Source: Patescibacteria group bacterium (GTDB lineage: Bacteria; Patescibacteriota; Saccharimonadia; Saccharimonadales; Saccharimonadaceae). From it: a stretch of DNA of 64,000 nucleotides. Both the position numbers and the translations under genes were made by a program. How positions within the stretch are numbered: the first letter of the stretch is position 1; every line of letters begins with the position of its first letter. Shown here piece after piece: positions 32,943-43,082 of this stretch. The notes below the pieces were generated by a model that had not been told where the DNA came from, did no database searches, and worked only from the letters and a program-made list of their open reading frames with translations. The stretch covers positions 87,425 through 151,424 of the forward strand of contig JAZKIT010000002.1 of the NCBI GenBank assembly GCA_040384745.1, read 5' to 3'.

Positions 32943-33404
32943 CTATTGTTTTGGTGCGCTTAGGAAGTCAATTTCCTTGATGATGTCCAGTAAGGCCTGG
33001 GCGCGACGTGATTCGTCCTCGATCAGCTTAGCGGTTTCGTGGGCTGGCTCAATGAGAGTTTTGTCATCGGTCGAGCGTAGGAGTAGCAGGTAGGTGTCGA
33101 ACTTTTCTTCAGCTGGAATATTTAGTTTGTCGACAAGGGGGCGTAGTTCCGACAAAGCTTCCTGTTTGACGCCGTTTAAGTCATCGCTCCCAAGAGTAGG
33201 GGAGATTGGCGGGACGGTGATTTCTGGTGCAACGAGAGGTTCAGGTGCGACGACTACGGCATCTGCCGGAGGTACGATTGTACCGGCTCCAGCATCGGCT
33301 GCTGCGTCTGCCTGCATGTCGACACCAGCTAACACCTTAGCCAGTTCCTGGTCGTCACTGATTGGTTGTTGCGTCGTCGAATCGATCGGTTCTATATTTG
33401 CCAT
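32943..33404 (-). CDS. Hypothetical acidic protein
   Basis: 153-aa ORF with an Ala/Pro/Val-rich middle and a helical C-terminus. No recognised motif. Confidence 0.55.
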   Translation of the reverse strand: MANIEPIDSTTQQPISDDQELAKVLAGVDMQADAAADAGAGTIVPPADAVVVAPEPLVAPEITVPPISPTLGSDDLNGVKQEALSELRPLVDKLNIPAEEKFDTYLLLLRSTDDKTLIEPAHETAKLIEDESRRAQALLDIIKEIDFLSAPKQ

Positions 33405-33564
33405 GCCCACCCCTGATAATGATTATGCTTCTAAGTTGGTCTTACTGTATCATAGAAGGAACGAGCGAGTAAAGAAGGCGAGTTTGCTCACTTTCTTTTG
33501 AGCCGTGAACTTCGTATATTGCAATAAGCAATATAATATAGAATTACTCGCAAGGAGGCCTGAG

Positions 33565-34590
33565 ATGCTTGATGATATGAATGTCCTAAAACAGCGCGAC
33601 CCGCAAGATGCACTCGGTGTGGCCGGGGCGCAGTGGGAATACTTTACACGTTCGTTCGATGCGACGTTTACGCCCCAGCGGCCGGTACAGAATATCGTCT
33701 GGGCCGGCATGGGAGGATCGGCCTTGCCGGCCGTAATCGTCCAAAGCTGGCCACGTCTGAAGTTGCCATTCGAAATTAGCCGTGACTACGAAATCCCGGC
33801 CTACGTCGGACCCGACACGCTGTTCGTTGCCTCTAGCTATTCGGGGAATACCGAAGAGACGCTTGAAGCTTTGTCGAAAGCCGAAGCAGCTGGCGCTCAA
33901 ATCGTCGTGATCGCTGCGGGTGGTAAGCTGGCTGCGGCAGCGCATGAAAAGGACTATCCATTATTTACAATTCCGGCTGGTATTCAGCCGCGCATGGCGA
34001 CGTTTTACTTCGTTAATGCCTTTTTGCACGTTGTGAAAGAGCTCAATTCGACGGTCGAAGATGTGTCCGAACTGGCCAGTATTGGCGAATGGCTGAAGAA
34101 TGAATCGGCCGCGTGGGGCTCGACTCAGCCGCTTGAGCATAACATCGCCAAACAGCTTGCCACCCAGTTAGTCGGCAAGACAGTTATTATGTATTCAGGC
34201 CCGAAGCTATACCCAGCTGCGAACAAATGGAAAATCTGTTTTAACGAGAATGCCAAGAACACCGCCTGGGGCAATTACTATCCCGAACTCAACCATAACG
34301 AATTCATCGGTTGGAGCTCACACCCGGTTGAAAAGCCGTTCGCAGTCGTCGAGATTCGCAGTCCGCTTGAACACGCCCGCACGCAAAAGCGCTTCGAAGT
34401 GACCGAACGGTTGCTCAGTGGCAAGCGCCCAGCGCCAATCGTCATTACACCGCGCGGCGAAACGGTGTTGCAGCAACTTGCCTGGAGCTTTGCGCTCGGC
34501 GACTTCGTCAGTATCTACCTCGGTATCATGAACGGCGTCAATCCGACGCCGGTCGAGCTGGTCGAGAAGCTCAAAGTTGAACTTGGCTAG
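33565..34590 (+). CDS. Bifunctional phosphoglucose/phosphomannose isomerase (SIS domains)
   Basis: AAGGAGG SD before ATG 33565. GMGGSALPA and SYSGNTEETL SIS motifs. C-terminal PGI/PMI-type domain. Confidence 0.75.
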   Translation: MLDDMNVLKQRDPQDALGVAGAQWEYFTRSFDATFTPQRPVQNIVWAGMGGSALPAVIVQSWPRLKLPFEISRDYEIPAYVGPDTLFVASSYSGNTEETLEALSKAEAAGAQIVVIAAGGKLAAAAHEKDYPLFTIPAGIQPRMATFYFVNAFLHVVKELNSTVEDVSELASIGEWLKNESAAWGSTQPLEHNIAKQLATQLVGKTVIMYSGPKLYPAANKWKICFNENAKNTAWGNYYPELNHNEFIGWSSHPVEKPFAVVEIRSPLEHARTQKRFEVTERLLSGKRPAPIVITPRGETVLQQLAWSFALGDFVSIYLGIMNGVNPTPVELVEKLKVELG

Positions 34591-34592
34591 GC

Positions 34593-35144
34593 CTAGTCGT
34601 CGTATTTGCCGAATACCCATGTCGAAGCAGACGCAGTCGCAGTCACGGTGGCCTCGGGGCATGGCCGAAATGTCGCAGATTCGCTAGGCGTCAGTGTACC
34701 TTCGGCGCCATAAATTCGAAGCAGGTACCACCCTTTGGTAAGAGTCGTGCAGCCCCATGTCGTTGCCGAGCCCTTATAGTATTGATAATATCGCGTGCAG
34801 TCGTTGGGCGAAGGTAGCGGGGGACGGGTTATCGTACTAGAATTTACCAGTCCCAGAAGCCACCTGCCTTCTGTGTCCCAGCTATAGGCGTACCCGACGC
34901 CGACGCTCGGGCATGTCGTTAGCGGATTATTCGTAGCATACGTGGCAGGGTATGTACCGCCGCTGGTGGTCTTATGAACCTCAAGTGCTTTCATGATAGA
35001 TTTGGCATCGCCGTAGCGTGCATTATCTCGGGCTTTCGATTGGATGCTTCCGAAGGCAATCGTGGTTATGGCTGCGAGAATGCCAATCACTACAATAACA
35101 ATCAACAGTTCGACGATTGTAAAACCGCTTATGTTTTTCTTCAT
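34593..35144 (-). CDS. Type IV pilin, immediately downstream of the ABC transporter genes
   Basis: MKKNISG|FTIVELLIVIVVIGILAAITTIAFGS. The upstream part of the 274-aa track ORF overlaps the permease gene and is rejected. Confidence 0.85.
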   Translation of the reverse strand: MKKNISGFTIVELLIVIVVIGILAAITTIAFGSIQSKARDNARYGDAKSIMKALEVHKTTSGGTYPATYATNNPLTTCPSVGVGYAYSWDTEGRWLLGLVNSSTITRPPLPSPNDCTRYYQYYKGSATTWGCTTLTKGWYLLRIYGAEGTLTPSESATFRPCPEATVTATASASTWVFGKYDD

Positions 35145-35150
35145 GGAAGT

Positions 35151-35159
35151 AGTATAGCA
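35151..35159 (-). promoter_or_regulatory. Extended -10 (TGCTATACT) 6 nt upstream of the pilin ATG
   Basis: The plus strand reads agtatagca, located in the 19-nt gap between the permease stop and the pilin start. Confidence 0.5.
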
Positions 35160-35163
35160 GTGA

Positions 35164-36390
35164 TTAATGATAGCGACGGAGGGACTCAATTGGGTCTTTG
35201 TGAGCGGCACGAATCGCTGGATAAAGGCCGAATAGTACGCCGACACCGACCGAGAGTCCGAAGGCCCAGCCAACGATTGACCAGCTGAAGGTTGGGTCGT
35301 ACGGAATAAGCAGACTGACGACAAACGCGATGAAATAACCGCCCAGGAAACCGAGAACACCGCCGAGGATGCTGATAATAAGCGCTTCGATAAGAAACTG
35401 GGTGACGATTGTTCCATTGCTGGCGCCGACGGCCTTTCGTAGGCCGATTTCGCGGGTGCGTTCTGACACGCCCACTAGCATGATATTCATAATGCCAATA
35501 CCGCCGACTAGGAGTGAAATGCTGGCAATGACAGCCATAACAACGCTGACGAAGCGGAAAAGTTCCGAGGTCGGCTGAGCGATTTCGCGGCCGGTAAATA
35601 CATCGCTGTCGTCTTGATCGTCGTGGTTCTCGCTAAGGGATTGCTCGATTTGCGTTCCGTAGGCCTGCATGTTCGTTCCGGGCTTGGCTTTAGCGTTAAT
35701 TTGCTGAATTTGGGCGACGCCACCGTTGAACAACTTGCCGCTTTCGAGTGAGATAATTGCTGCATAGTCAAAATCGATATTATTGTAATTGATTGGGTTA
35801 TTCTGGCGCTTCACGATGCCGATGACGGTGAAGCTTTGGCCGCGGATCATAAAGTTCTGGCCGACCGACTGTTCGGTTCCGAATAGGTCGATTGAGAGCT
35901 GGGTCCCGATGACCGCGGTATTCTGCTTAGTGACACTGTCGATGAACTGGCCTTCGGCGACTTCGAGACCACTGATATCTTGTAGCGAAGGCGTAGTGGC
36001 CAGTACGATGCTTTCGCTCGGGGTGACCGAACTGGTGCGAACCGCACCCGATATGGTCATGAGTGGTGCGACCGCTTCGGTGTCGGGCAGGTCGCCAATC
36101 GAAACACTGTCGCGTTCCTGCAGAGGACTGGTCGAATACGCGTTGGAAGGCGAAGGGTTGGACAAATCAGCCAGGGTTGGTTGGCCGACATTCGGGCGGA
36201 TGACTGCGATTGAACCGCCTAGGTCGGCGACTTGTTTACTGATGACCTTATTGACTCCGCCTGACAGTGCCAATATGGCTGTAATGCTGGCCACACCGAT
36301 GGCGACGCCAAGCATGGTCAAGAACGCGCGCAGCTTGGAGCGGTCAATCGATTGACGGGCTATGCGGTAATGATCGCTGAGAAGAATCAT
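35164..36390 (-). CDS. ABC transporter permease, MacB/FtsX-like
   Basis: It has an N-terminal TM, a large periplasmic-type domain and a C-terminal FtsX 3-TM bundle (LLVGGIGIMNIMLVGVSERTREIGLRKAVGA). Confidence 0.85.
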   Translation of the reverse strand: MILLSDHYRIARQSIDRSKLRAFLTMLGVAIGVASITAILALSGGVNKVISKQVADLGGSIAVIRPNVGQPTLADLSNPSPSNAYSTSPLQERDSVSIGDLPDTEAVAPLMTISGAVRTSSVTPSESIVLATTPSLQDISGLEVAEGQFIDSVTKQNTAVIGTQLSIDLFGTEQSVGQNFMIRGQSFTVIGIVKRQNNPINYNNIDFDYAAIISLESGKLFNGGVAQIQQINAKAKPGTNMQAYGTQIEQSLSENHDDQDDSDVFTGREIAQPTSELFRFVSVVMAVIASISLLVGGIGIMNIMLVGVSERTREIGLRKAVGASNGTIVTQFLIEALIISILGGVLGFLGGYFIAFVVSLLIPYDPTFSWSIVGWAFGLSVGVGVLFGLYPAIRAAHKDPIESLRRYH

Positions 36391-37184
36391 GACTTTTTGG
36401 CCTTTCGTTTCGACTGCTTTTTGCGGGATTTTGGCTGCTTACTGAGCGGTCGCTTTTCGTCTGAATCGCTGTTGGCGATGAGCGGTGCGGCCGTGTCGGT
36501 GTCGATTTTACCGTCTAGCATCGTAATGACGCGGGTAGCGTAGGTCGTCAGATTCGGGTTGTGAGTCACCATAAGGATGGTGTTACCTTTCCTATGAATC
36601 TCGGACAGTTCTTCCATAATGATGTGACTCGACTTTGAATCGAGGTTGCCGGTTGGTTCGTCGGCCAGAATAATGCTCGGGTCGCTAACGAGTGCCCGGG
36701 CAATGGCGACGCGCTGGGTTTGGCCGCCACTTAGCTGCCACGGCATGTAGTACTCGCGTTCCTGCAAATGAAAACTTTTCAACACGTCGCTGGCACGCTG
36801 TAGGCGCTTCATGTGGTGTAGCCCGCTGTAGGTGAGGGGAAGAGCGACGTTTTCAAGCACGTTCAATCGTTCGATCAAATTGAAGCTTTGGAAAATAAAG
36901 CCGATTTGGCGGGCGCGAATACGGGCTTGCTTGGCGCCGCGCAGGTCCTCGACGTTCTTGCCATCGAGTACGTATTCGCCGTCGGTTGCCCGGTCCAGCA
37001 TGCCGATAAGATTAAGCAGCGTCGTCTTGCCGCAGCCGCTTGGGCCCATGATAGCGATAAATTCACCCTTCTGAACGGTCAAGTCAACCCCGTCGAGCGC
37101 GTAGTGTTCGGCGTCACCAATCCCGAACCGTTTCTTCAGGTCCGATAGTTGAATGACTGGTTCGCTCGCAGATTTGGCCGACAT
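36387..37184 (-). CDS. ABC transporter ATP-binding protein (MacB/LolD-type) with Lys-rich C-terminal tail
   Basis: Walker [13 protein letters not shown], signature [15 protein letters not shown], Walker [12 protein letters not shown]. The tail reads [17 protein letters not shown]. Confidence 0.9.
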   Translation of the reverse strand: MSAKSASEPVIQLSDLKKRFGIGDAEHYALDGVDLTVQKGEFIAIMGPSGCGKTTLLNLIGMLDRATDGEYVLDGKNVEDLRGAKQARIRARQIGFIFQSFNLIERLNVLENVALPLTYSGLHHMKRLQRASDVLKSFHLQEREYYMPWQLSGGQTQRVAIARALVSDPSIILADEPTGNLDSKSSHIIMEELSEIHRKGNTILMVTHNPNLTTYATRVITMLDGKIDTDTAAPLIANSDSDEKRPLSKQPKSRKKQSKRKAKKS

Positions 37185-37269
37185 ATGTTCTTATTATAGG
37201 AATCGTTTTACGGTTAACGCAACCTTTAGCGGTCCGTTAATTTAACAACTGGTATAATTCCCTATATAA

Positions 37270-37359
37270 GGAGAGGTGTCCGAGTGGCCGAAGGAGCACG
37301 CTTGGAAAGCGTGTAGGGGAGCAATCCTCTCAAGGGTTCGAATCCCTTTCTCTCCGCCA
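37270..37359 (+). tRNA. tRNA-Ser (anticodon GGA), CCA encoded
   Basis: Acceptor GGAGAGG. Anticodon stem CACGC/GCGTG with loop TTGGAAA. Long variable arm. T-arm AGGGTTCGAATCCCT. TGGTATAAT upstream. Confidence 0.9.
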
Positions 37360-37395
37360 AATTCGTGCAGATTAATTTAATAGAAAGAAATACTC

Positions 37396-38448
37396 ATGAT
37401 CATAGTTATATTTTGTGGCGGATCGGGAACTCGACTGTGGCCGCTTTCAACCCACCATAATCCAAAGCAGCTCATTAACATCGTCGATGATATGTCGTCG
37501 CTCCAAGCGGCGTACAAAAGGGCACGTTTAATTACCGACAAAGTATACCTGCTGCCTGAATCTCGACTTGTCCAATCGATTAAGAATCAGTTGCCGGAGC
37601 TTACGGACGATCAAATAATAAATGAGCCTGGGTTGCGGGGCACTGCTAATTGTTTATTGGCCGCGATTGATAAAATCGCACGACAAGACGAAATCAATGA
37701 ACCTGTCGCATTTATCCACGCCGATCACTTCATTCGTGATACAAAAGGCTTTAAGCGTTCACTCGAAGTTGCCGCAGAGGTTTCGACCAAGACGAACCGG
37801 TTGACTCTCATAGGCATTGAGCCGACATACGCCGCGACTGGATTCGGTTATATTAAAAAAGACCAGGCAATTAATGGAGTCACAAATGCGTATGACGTAG
37901 CCGAGTTTAAAGAAAAGCCCGACTACCATACTGCGAGCGCATTCTTTGCCTCTGGAGAATATTTATGGAACTGTGGCTATTTCGTTGCGTCCGTCAGTAC
38001 GTTCGTATCAGTAATGAGCAAGAGTGCACCTGAGCTTTTTGGGAGTTACGAGCGCCTGAAGCAAGTTCCCGAAGTGGGTAGTGATGAGTACACGGACACT
38101 TATTTATCGTTGGAATCAGACGCTATAGACTACGCTCTTATAGAGAAGGTTGATGACCTTGTCGTCGTGCCGGCAAACTTTGACTGGGCTGACATCGGTT
38201 CGTTCAATGATGCTCATTCAGTCAGTCAGCTCGACGTCAACGCGAATTACGTAAAAGGTGACGTATACGCGGTCGACCTTGAGAATTCATATGTTCGCAA
38301 CGACACCGAAACCCCGCTTGCGGTCATAGGCCTCGATAATGTCGTAGTTGTTAATACGGTGAATGGCTTACTCGTGGCTCGTAAGGACCTGAGCCATAAG
38401 GTAGGGGATATCGCAAAGAAAATTCAGGCCAATGAAACTCAACAGTAG
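37396..38448 (+). CDS. Sugar-phosphate nucleotidyltransferase, mannose-1-phosphate guanylyltransferase-like
   Basis: The N-terminal FCGGSGTRLWPLS is the NTP-transferase signature. 350 aa with no isomerase domain. Confidence 0.8.
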   Translation: MIIVIFCGGSGTRLWPLSTHHNPKQLINIVDDMSSLQAAYKRARLITDKVYLLPESRLVQSIKNQLPELTDDQIINEPGLRGTANCLLAAIDKIARQDEINEPVAFIHADHFIRDTKGFKRSLEVAAEVSTKTNRLTLIGIEPTYAATGFGYIKKDQAINGVTNAYDVAEFKEKPDYHTASAFFASGEYLWNCGYFVASVSTFVSVMSKSAPELFGSYERLKQVPEVGSDEYTDTYLSLESDAIDYALIEKVDDLVVVPANFDWADIGSFNDAHSVSQLDVNANYVKGDVYAVDLENSYVRNDTETPLAVIGLDNVVVVNTVNGLLVARKDLSHKVGDIAKKIQANETQQ

Positions 38449-39895
38449 TCGAGTAGCGGCGCCTATTCGACGTCATCGCTTGACGCTGATTTCGTTCGTG
38501 ACCGGGTTTAGCCTGTTGACGTACGAACTGGCGGCGGCACGGGTCTTGGCGCCGAGTATCGGTAGCTCGACGTATGTCTGGACTGGTGTCATTGGCGTCA
38601 TTATCGCGGCACTCAGCCTTGGGTTCTTTGTGGGCGGTCGGGTGGCCGATGCACGCAATAAGATCACCGACCTTGCTTGGCTGCTTTTACTCGCCAGTCT
38701 TATGGCAGTCCTAACACTGATTGCGTACGAAGGCATGTTGCAGTCAATCGTTGAATCGATTCAAGACAGCCGGCTCCAGGCGGTCGTCGCCGCGCTGACG
38801 CTATTTGCACCGACCAGCTTTTTTATCGGTATGACAAGTCCGTATCTGGCGAAATTAAACGTGCAGTCGTTGACATCAACTGGCCGTTCTATCGCGTCGC
38901 TTGATATGTTCAACGCCATCGGTGGTATCACGGGCACCTTCGTAACCGGATTCATTCTGTTCGGATACATTGGCGCCCACGAGGCGATCGGACTGGTGGC
39001 GGTGTTACTACTTTTGATCAGCTGGCTCGTGGCGCCGCGGTGGTACATGGCCCAACGGCTCGCTGTCTCAGCGGTGCTGTTGTTATGCGCGCTGACACCA
39101 GCGAGCGCACTGCCCGGCGTGGTAAAGATTGACACGGCAAGCGCTCATTACGAAGTTATCAAGGGATTCATTGATACCCGTCAGGTGACCGGACTCGTGA
39201 CTGGTCCATCTGGCACGCAATCGGCGGTGTACGCCAGCGGCGTCGACGAGCCGGTCTTTTGGTACAACCGCGAAGTCAGTCGTCTGGCGCTGGAGCGTCG
39301 TCCCGATTCGGTACTGATTCTGGGTGGAGGCGCCTTTACATTGCCGCAGTACCTGAGCGAACAGCTGCCCGATAGCTCGATCGACGTGGTTGAGATTGAC
39401 CCCGAACTAAAAGAAATTTCCGAGCGACACTTTAGGTATACCAGCCCGTCGAACGTTTCCGAGACATTTACCGACGCACGGGCTTATGTGAACCAGACTG
39501 ACAAACGCTATGATCTTATCGTGGTTGACGTCTACGGCGACGCATCAATTCCGTTTACCTTTATGACGGCCGAATACGGTAAAGCGGTCGCATCGATACT
39601 TCAGCCCGGTGGCATCGTCGTGGCGAACGTCATTGGCGGGCTGAGTGGTGGTTGCAGGGAAGCGCTGGCATCCGTCGATGCGGCCTATCGATCACAGCTG
39701 CCGTATGCGTACTATTCGATCGAACAGGGCCGTGACGAGCGTCGAACCAACTTTGTCATGGTCTATAGCAAAACAGCCGAGTCATTCGAAGGACTCGGCC
39801 GACTTGAGCTTCCGGCCCGTCAGGCGTTTAGTGATAACTTTGCCCCCGCAGAACGACTACACTACCAGTGTCAGCAAGTGCGCTCACAAGTTTAG
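38432..39895 (+). CDS. Fused polytopic membrane / spermidine-synthase-like methyltransferase-fold protein
   Basis: About 7 N-terminal TM helices, followed by VLILGGGAFTLPQYL, IDVVEIDPEL and YDLIVVDVYGD. Confidence 0.75.
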   Translation: MKLNSSRVAAPIRRHRLTLISFVTGFSLLTYELAAARVLAPSIGSSTYVWTGVIGVIIAALSLGFFVGGRVADARNKITDLAWLLLLASLMAVLTLIAYEGMLQSIVESIQDSRLQAVVAALTLFAPTSFFIGMTSPYLAKLNVQSLTSTGRSIASLDMFNAIGGITGTFVTGFILFGYIGAHEAIGLVAVLLLLISWLVAPRWYMAQRLAVSAVLLLCALTPASALPGVVKIDTASAHYEVIKGFIDTRQVTGLVTGPSGTQSAVYASGVDEPVFWYNREVSRLALERRPDSVLILGGGAFTLPQYLSEQLPDSSIDVVEIDPELKEISERHFRYTSPSNVSETFTDARAYVNQTDKRYDLIVVDVYGDASIPFTFMTAEYGKAVASILQPGGIVVANVIGGLSGGCREALASVDAAYRSQLPYAYYSIEQGRDERRTNFVMVYSKTAESFEGLGRLELPARQAFSDNFAPAERLHYQCQQVRSQV

Positions 39896-40030
39896 CGCTT
39901 CTTATTACGATATTATTAACCACAAGCGCTACATGTAGCGTTGTAAATAACAAACGGTACGCTAGACCTGGCACACCAGGGGTAGTGTATACCGCTCCTG
40001 GTTGTAGTCAAAAAAACGGCTAAAAAATAC

Positions 40031-40059
40031 TTGCACCGTCCACATATAGGGTCTATATT
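40031..40059 (+). promoter_or_regulatory. Candidate nrd promoter
   Basis: TTGCAC, a 17-nt spacer, then TATATT. This implies a roughly 160-nt leader before GTG 40229. Confidence 0.5.
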
Positions 40060-40086
40060 AGGTCGCAGACCACTACATATGTAGTT
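40043..40086. promoter_or_regulatory. Two candidate NrdR boxes
   Basis: ATATAG-ggt-CTATAT (40044-40058) and the perfect 14-bp palindrome ACTACATATGTAGT (40072-40085). Both are AT-rich palindromes of the acaCwAtATaTwGtgt type and overlap the promoter and start region. Confidence 0.5.
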
Positions 40087-40228
40087 GTTCAATAAAATAC
40101 ACAGTAACGCAAGGCACCACTACTGCACCACGGGCCCGTCTAAGGGGTCAGATTGCTTTGTGTTCTCTTCTCGCTGGGGGGCGAGCTGTGTACGAACATA
40201 AAATAACAAACCTAATAGGGGACAACAC

Positions 40229-42652
40229 GTGAACGGAATCCATGTGGTAAAGCGCGACGGCACCCGCGAACCATTCGACGCTAACATGATTAACCTGGCT
40301 TTGGTAAAAGCTTCAGAAGGCCTACCAGACCAAATCTCAAAAGTCGTACAGGTTGCTACCGAGCTACAATTGACATTATTTGACGGCATTACTAGCGAAC
40401 AGCTGGACGAAGCGGTGATTCACACCGCACTGCAAAACGTAAAAGACGACCCGGACTTCGACACTATCGCCGCCCGACTCCTATTAAAGAACGTCTACAA
40501 AAACATCTTGGGTAACTACGAGACCGAAGCTGAACTAAAAAAGCTTCACGAAACAAAGTTTGCCGAGTACGTGAAGTTTGGTGTCAAGCAAGGCCTGCTT
40601 GACGCTCGCATGAGCGACCCGAAGGTCTTTGACATCAAAAGGCTGGCCGCAGCCCTCGATCCTTCACGTGACGGACTGAGTAAATATCTTGGCGTCGTCA
40701 CCAACAAGAACCGCTACGCACTGCGCAAACAGTCTGGCGCACCGATTGAAGTTCCACAGTTTACCCACATGCGTATCGCTATGGGACTGTCGTTTAACGA
40801 AGCCAACCCAACCGATATGGCCATCGACTTTTATAAGCACATGTCGAATCTGGACTACGTTCCTGGCGGCTCGACCCGTGTGAACGCTGGGGGTTCATTC
40901 CCGCAGCTGTCAAACTGTTTCCTACTGGAAGTTCAGGACGACATGGAATCAATCGCCAAAGGTATTCGTGATGTCATGTGGATTGCCAAGGGGACGGGTG
41001 GCATTGGCATTAGCCTGAACAAGCTTCGTGCTGCCGGTAGCCCGGTCAAAACGACCAATACTGAATCAACCGGCCCAATCCCGTTCATGAAAATGATCGA
41101 CACGGCACTATTCGCCGTTTCACGTAAAGGTAAAAAAGCCGGCGCGGCAGCCATTTACATGGAAAACTGGCACCTTAACTTCCCGCAGTTCCTGGACCTT
41201 AAGCAGAACTCGGGTGACCCGTACCTGCGTACTCGTCTGGCTAACACGGCCGTATTCATCAGCGACGAATTTATGAAGCGCGTCCAGAAGAACGAAGACT
41301 GGTACTTGTTTGACCCAGCCGAAGTCGAAGATCTGTCAGAACTGTACGGCGCTGAATTCTCGGCTCGCTACGCTGAATATGTGAAGTTGGCTGAAGCTGG
41401 CAAAATGCGTGACTTCATTAAGATTCCCGCTTTGCAGCAGTTCCGCCAGATTTTGACGGTACTTCAGGCGACCAGCCACCCGTGGCTGACCTGGAAAGAC
41501 ACTATTAATGTGCGTGCCTTGAACAACAACACCAGCACGATTCACCTGTCTAACCTGTGTACTGAAATTACCTTGCCGCAAGACGCCGACAACACGGCTG
41601 TTTGTAACCTAGTTTCAATCAATCTATCGGCCCACCTCCGGGAAGACAAGACGTGGGACTGGGACCGCTTGGCGGCCAGTGCTCGTTCGGCTGTTCGCCA
41701 GCTGGACAACCTGTGTGATATTACCAATACTCCAATCCCTGAAGCGATGCGTTCAAACCTGATGAACCGCGCGCTAGGACTTGGTGTGATGGGTTTCACA
41801 GACGTCATTGAAAAACTGAGTCATAGTTATGAGAGCGAAGAAGCCTACGCGCTGATTGACCAACTGGTCGAATTCGTCAGTTACCACGCTATCGACGAAT
41901 CAGCTGAACTGGCTAAGGTCCGTGGATCGTACGACACCTTCAAGGGCAGCGGTTGGAGCAAGGGAATCTTACCAATCGATACGCTTGATGCACTGGCCGC
42001 TGACCGCAAGGTGAAGGTCAACGTCAACCGCAAGTCAAAGCTTGATTGGGAAGTGCTGCGCAAAAAGGTCAAAAAGGGTATGCGAAATGCAACGCTGATG
42101 GCCATCGCGCCAACCGCGAACATCGCGCACATCGCTGGCACCACCCCAGGTCTTGACCCACAGTTCGCACAGATTTTCTCTCGTAGTACCTTGAATGGCA
42201 AGTTCCTCGAAGTGAACACTAACCTTGTTCGCGACCTTCGTGCACTCGGCCTGTGGGACGAAGTAAAAGACGAGCTACTGGCAAAGCAGGGTGACATTCA
42301 GGGAATCGACGCGATTCCACAGCACCTTAAGGATGTCTACAAAACCAGCTTCCAGCTGAGCCCCTACGCTTTCATCGAAGTCGCGGCTCGAGCCCAGAAG
42401 TGGGTCGACCAAGCCATCAGTCGTAATATGTACCTTGAAACGCGCAACATCGACGACTACGTCGAAATCTACAGCGAAGCATGGCGCCGTGGACTGAAGA
42501 CGACGTACTACCTACACGTCAAACCACGCCACCAGGCTGAGCAGTCAACCACCAGGGTGAATAAGTCAGAAGAAATGGCGAAATCAAGCGGCGGCGCTCG
42601 TAAGAGTGGATTCGGCTTCGCGAAAAAACAAGCAGTGGAGGCGACGTCATGA
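40229..42652 (+). CDS. nrdA: Ribonucleoside-diphosphate reductase alpha subunit (class I) with ATP-cone
   Basis: ATP-cone VVKRDGTREPFDANMI. The catalytic region has NLCTEI, and the C-terminal tail has Tyr residues (TTYYLH). Confidence 0.93.
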   Translation: MNGIHVVKRDGTREPFDANMINLALVKASEGLPDQISKVVQVATELQLTLFDGITSEQLDEAVIHTALQNVKDDPDFDTIAARLLLKNVYKNILGNYETEAELKKLHETKFAEYVKFGVKQGLLDARMSDPKVFDIKRLAAALDPSRDGLSKYLGVVTNKNRYALRKQSGAPIEVPQFTHMRIAMGLSFNEANPTDMAIDFYKHMSNLDYVPGGSTRVNAGGSFPQLSNCFLLEVQDDMESIAKGIRDVMWIAKGTGGIGISLNKLRAAGSPVKTTNTESTGPIPFMKMIDTALFAVSRKGKKAGAAAIYMENWHLNFPQFLDLKQNSGDPYLRTRLANTAVFISDEFMKRVQKNEDWYLFDPAEVEDLSELYGAEFSARYAEYVKLAEAGKMRDFIKIPALQQFRQILTVLQATSHPWLTWKDTINVRALNNNTSTIHLSNLCTEITLPQDADNTAVCNLVSINLSAHLREDKTWDWDRLAASARSAVRQLDNLCDITNTPIPEAMRSNLMNRALGLGVMGFTDVIEKLSHSYESEEAYALIDQLVEFVSYHAIDESAELAKVRGSYDTFKGSGWSKGILPIDTLDALAADRKVKVNVNRKSKLDWEVLRKKVKKGMRNATLMAIAPTANIAHIAGTTPGLDPQFAQIFSRSTLNGKFLEVNTNLVRDLRALGLWDEVKDELLAKQGDIQGIDAIPQHLKDVYKTSFQLSPYAFIEVAARAQKWVDQAISRNMYLETRNIDDYVEIYSEAWRRGLKTTYYLHVKPRHQAEQSTTRVNKSEEMAKSSGGARKSGFGFAKKQAVEATS

Positions 42653-42733
42653 CCGACTGTACATGCGCATGCAACTGCTGCTAATAAAACTGAACCATCC
42701 AAACAAAATAATAGGGTATAAGGGATTAACGAA

Positions 42734-42907
42734 ATGAACGCAACTCAAATCATCAACGACGAAATGACACTCGAAGAAAAATTGGCCGCGATCGACCAAG
42801 CTATGCTGAACGCGCAGGCAGTTGCCGACGACCAGGCAAAAGCGAACGGCCACGTTGCGGCACCACTCGACCCGGCTGACCTGACAATGTGCGAAGGCTG
42901 TCAGTAA
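42734..42907 (+). CDS. Small acidic ORF a (57 aa) between nrdA and nrdB
   Basis: MNATQIINDEMTLEEKLAAIDQAMLNAQAVADDQAKANGHVAAPLDPADLTMCEGCQ. AAGGGA lies upstream. It falls below the 60-aa cutoff of the ORF track. Confidence 0.45.
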   Translation: MNATQIINDEMTLEEKLAAIDQAMLNAQAVADDQAKANGHVAAPLDPADLTMCEGCQ

Positions 42908-43068
42908 TGGCAAACACGGGCGAAGATCTAGACATTACGCCGCGACATATCGAGGATGATCAAGATGTGATAACCGGCATGGACTTCGTCATCGACATGG
43001 CAGAGTTCCGTGGCCGTCACTTTGGCCAGGGTGTTCTCGACCTCGAAGACGTCATGGTGAGCGTATAA
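42907..43068 (+). CDS. Small acidic ORF b (53 aa)
   Basis: Its ATG overlaps the ORF a stop (TAATG). MANTGEDLDITPRHIEDDQDVITGMDFVIDMAEFRGRHFGQGVLDLEDVMVSV. Confidence 0.4.
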   Translation: MANTGEDLDITPRHIEDDQDVITGMDFVIDMAEFRGRHFGQGVLDLEDVMVSV

Positions 43069-43082
43069 TTAAAGGAGTGGGC

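Noticed and set aside
33520-33545. Inverted repeat ATATTGC-aataa-GCAATAT upstream of the isomerase gene as an operator
   Set aside because: It is short and AT-rich, it overlaps plausible -35/-10 hexamers, and it is a single copy. It cannot be distinguished from promoter sequence by eye.
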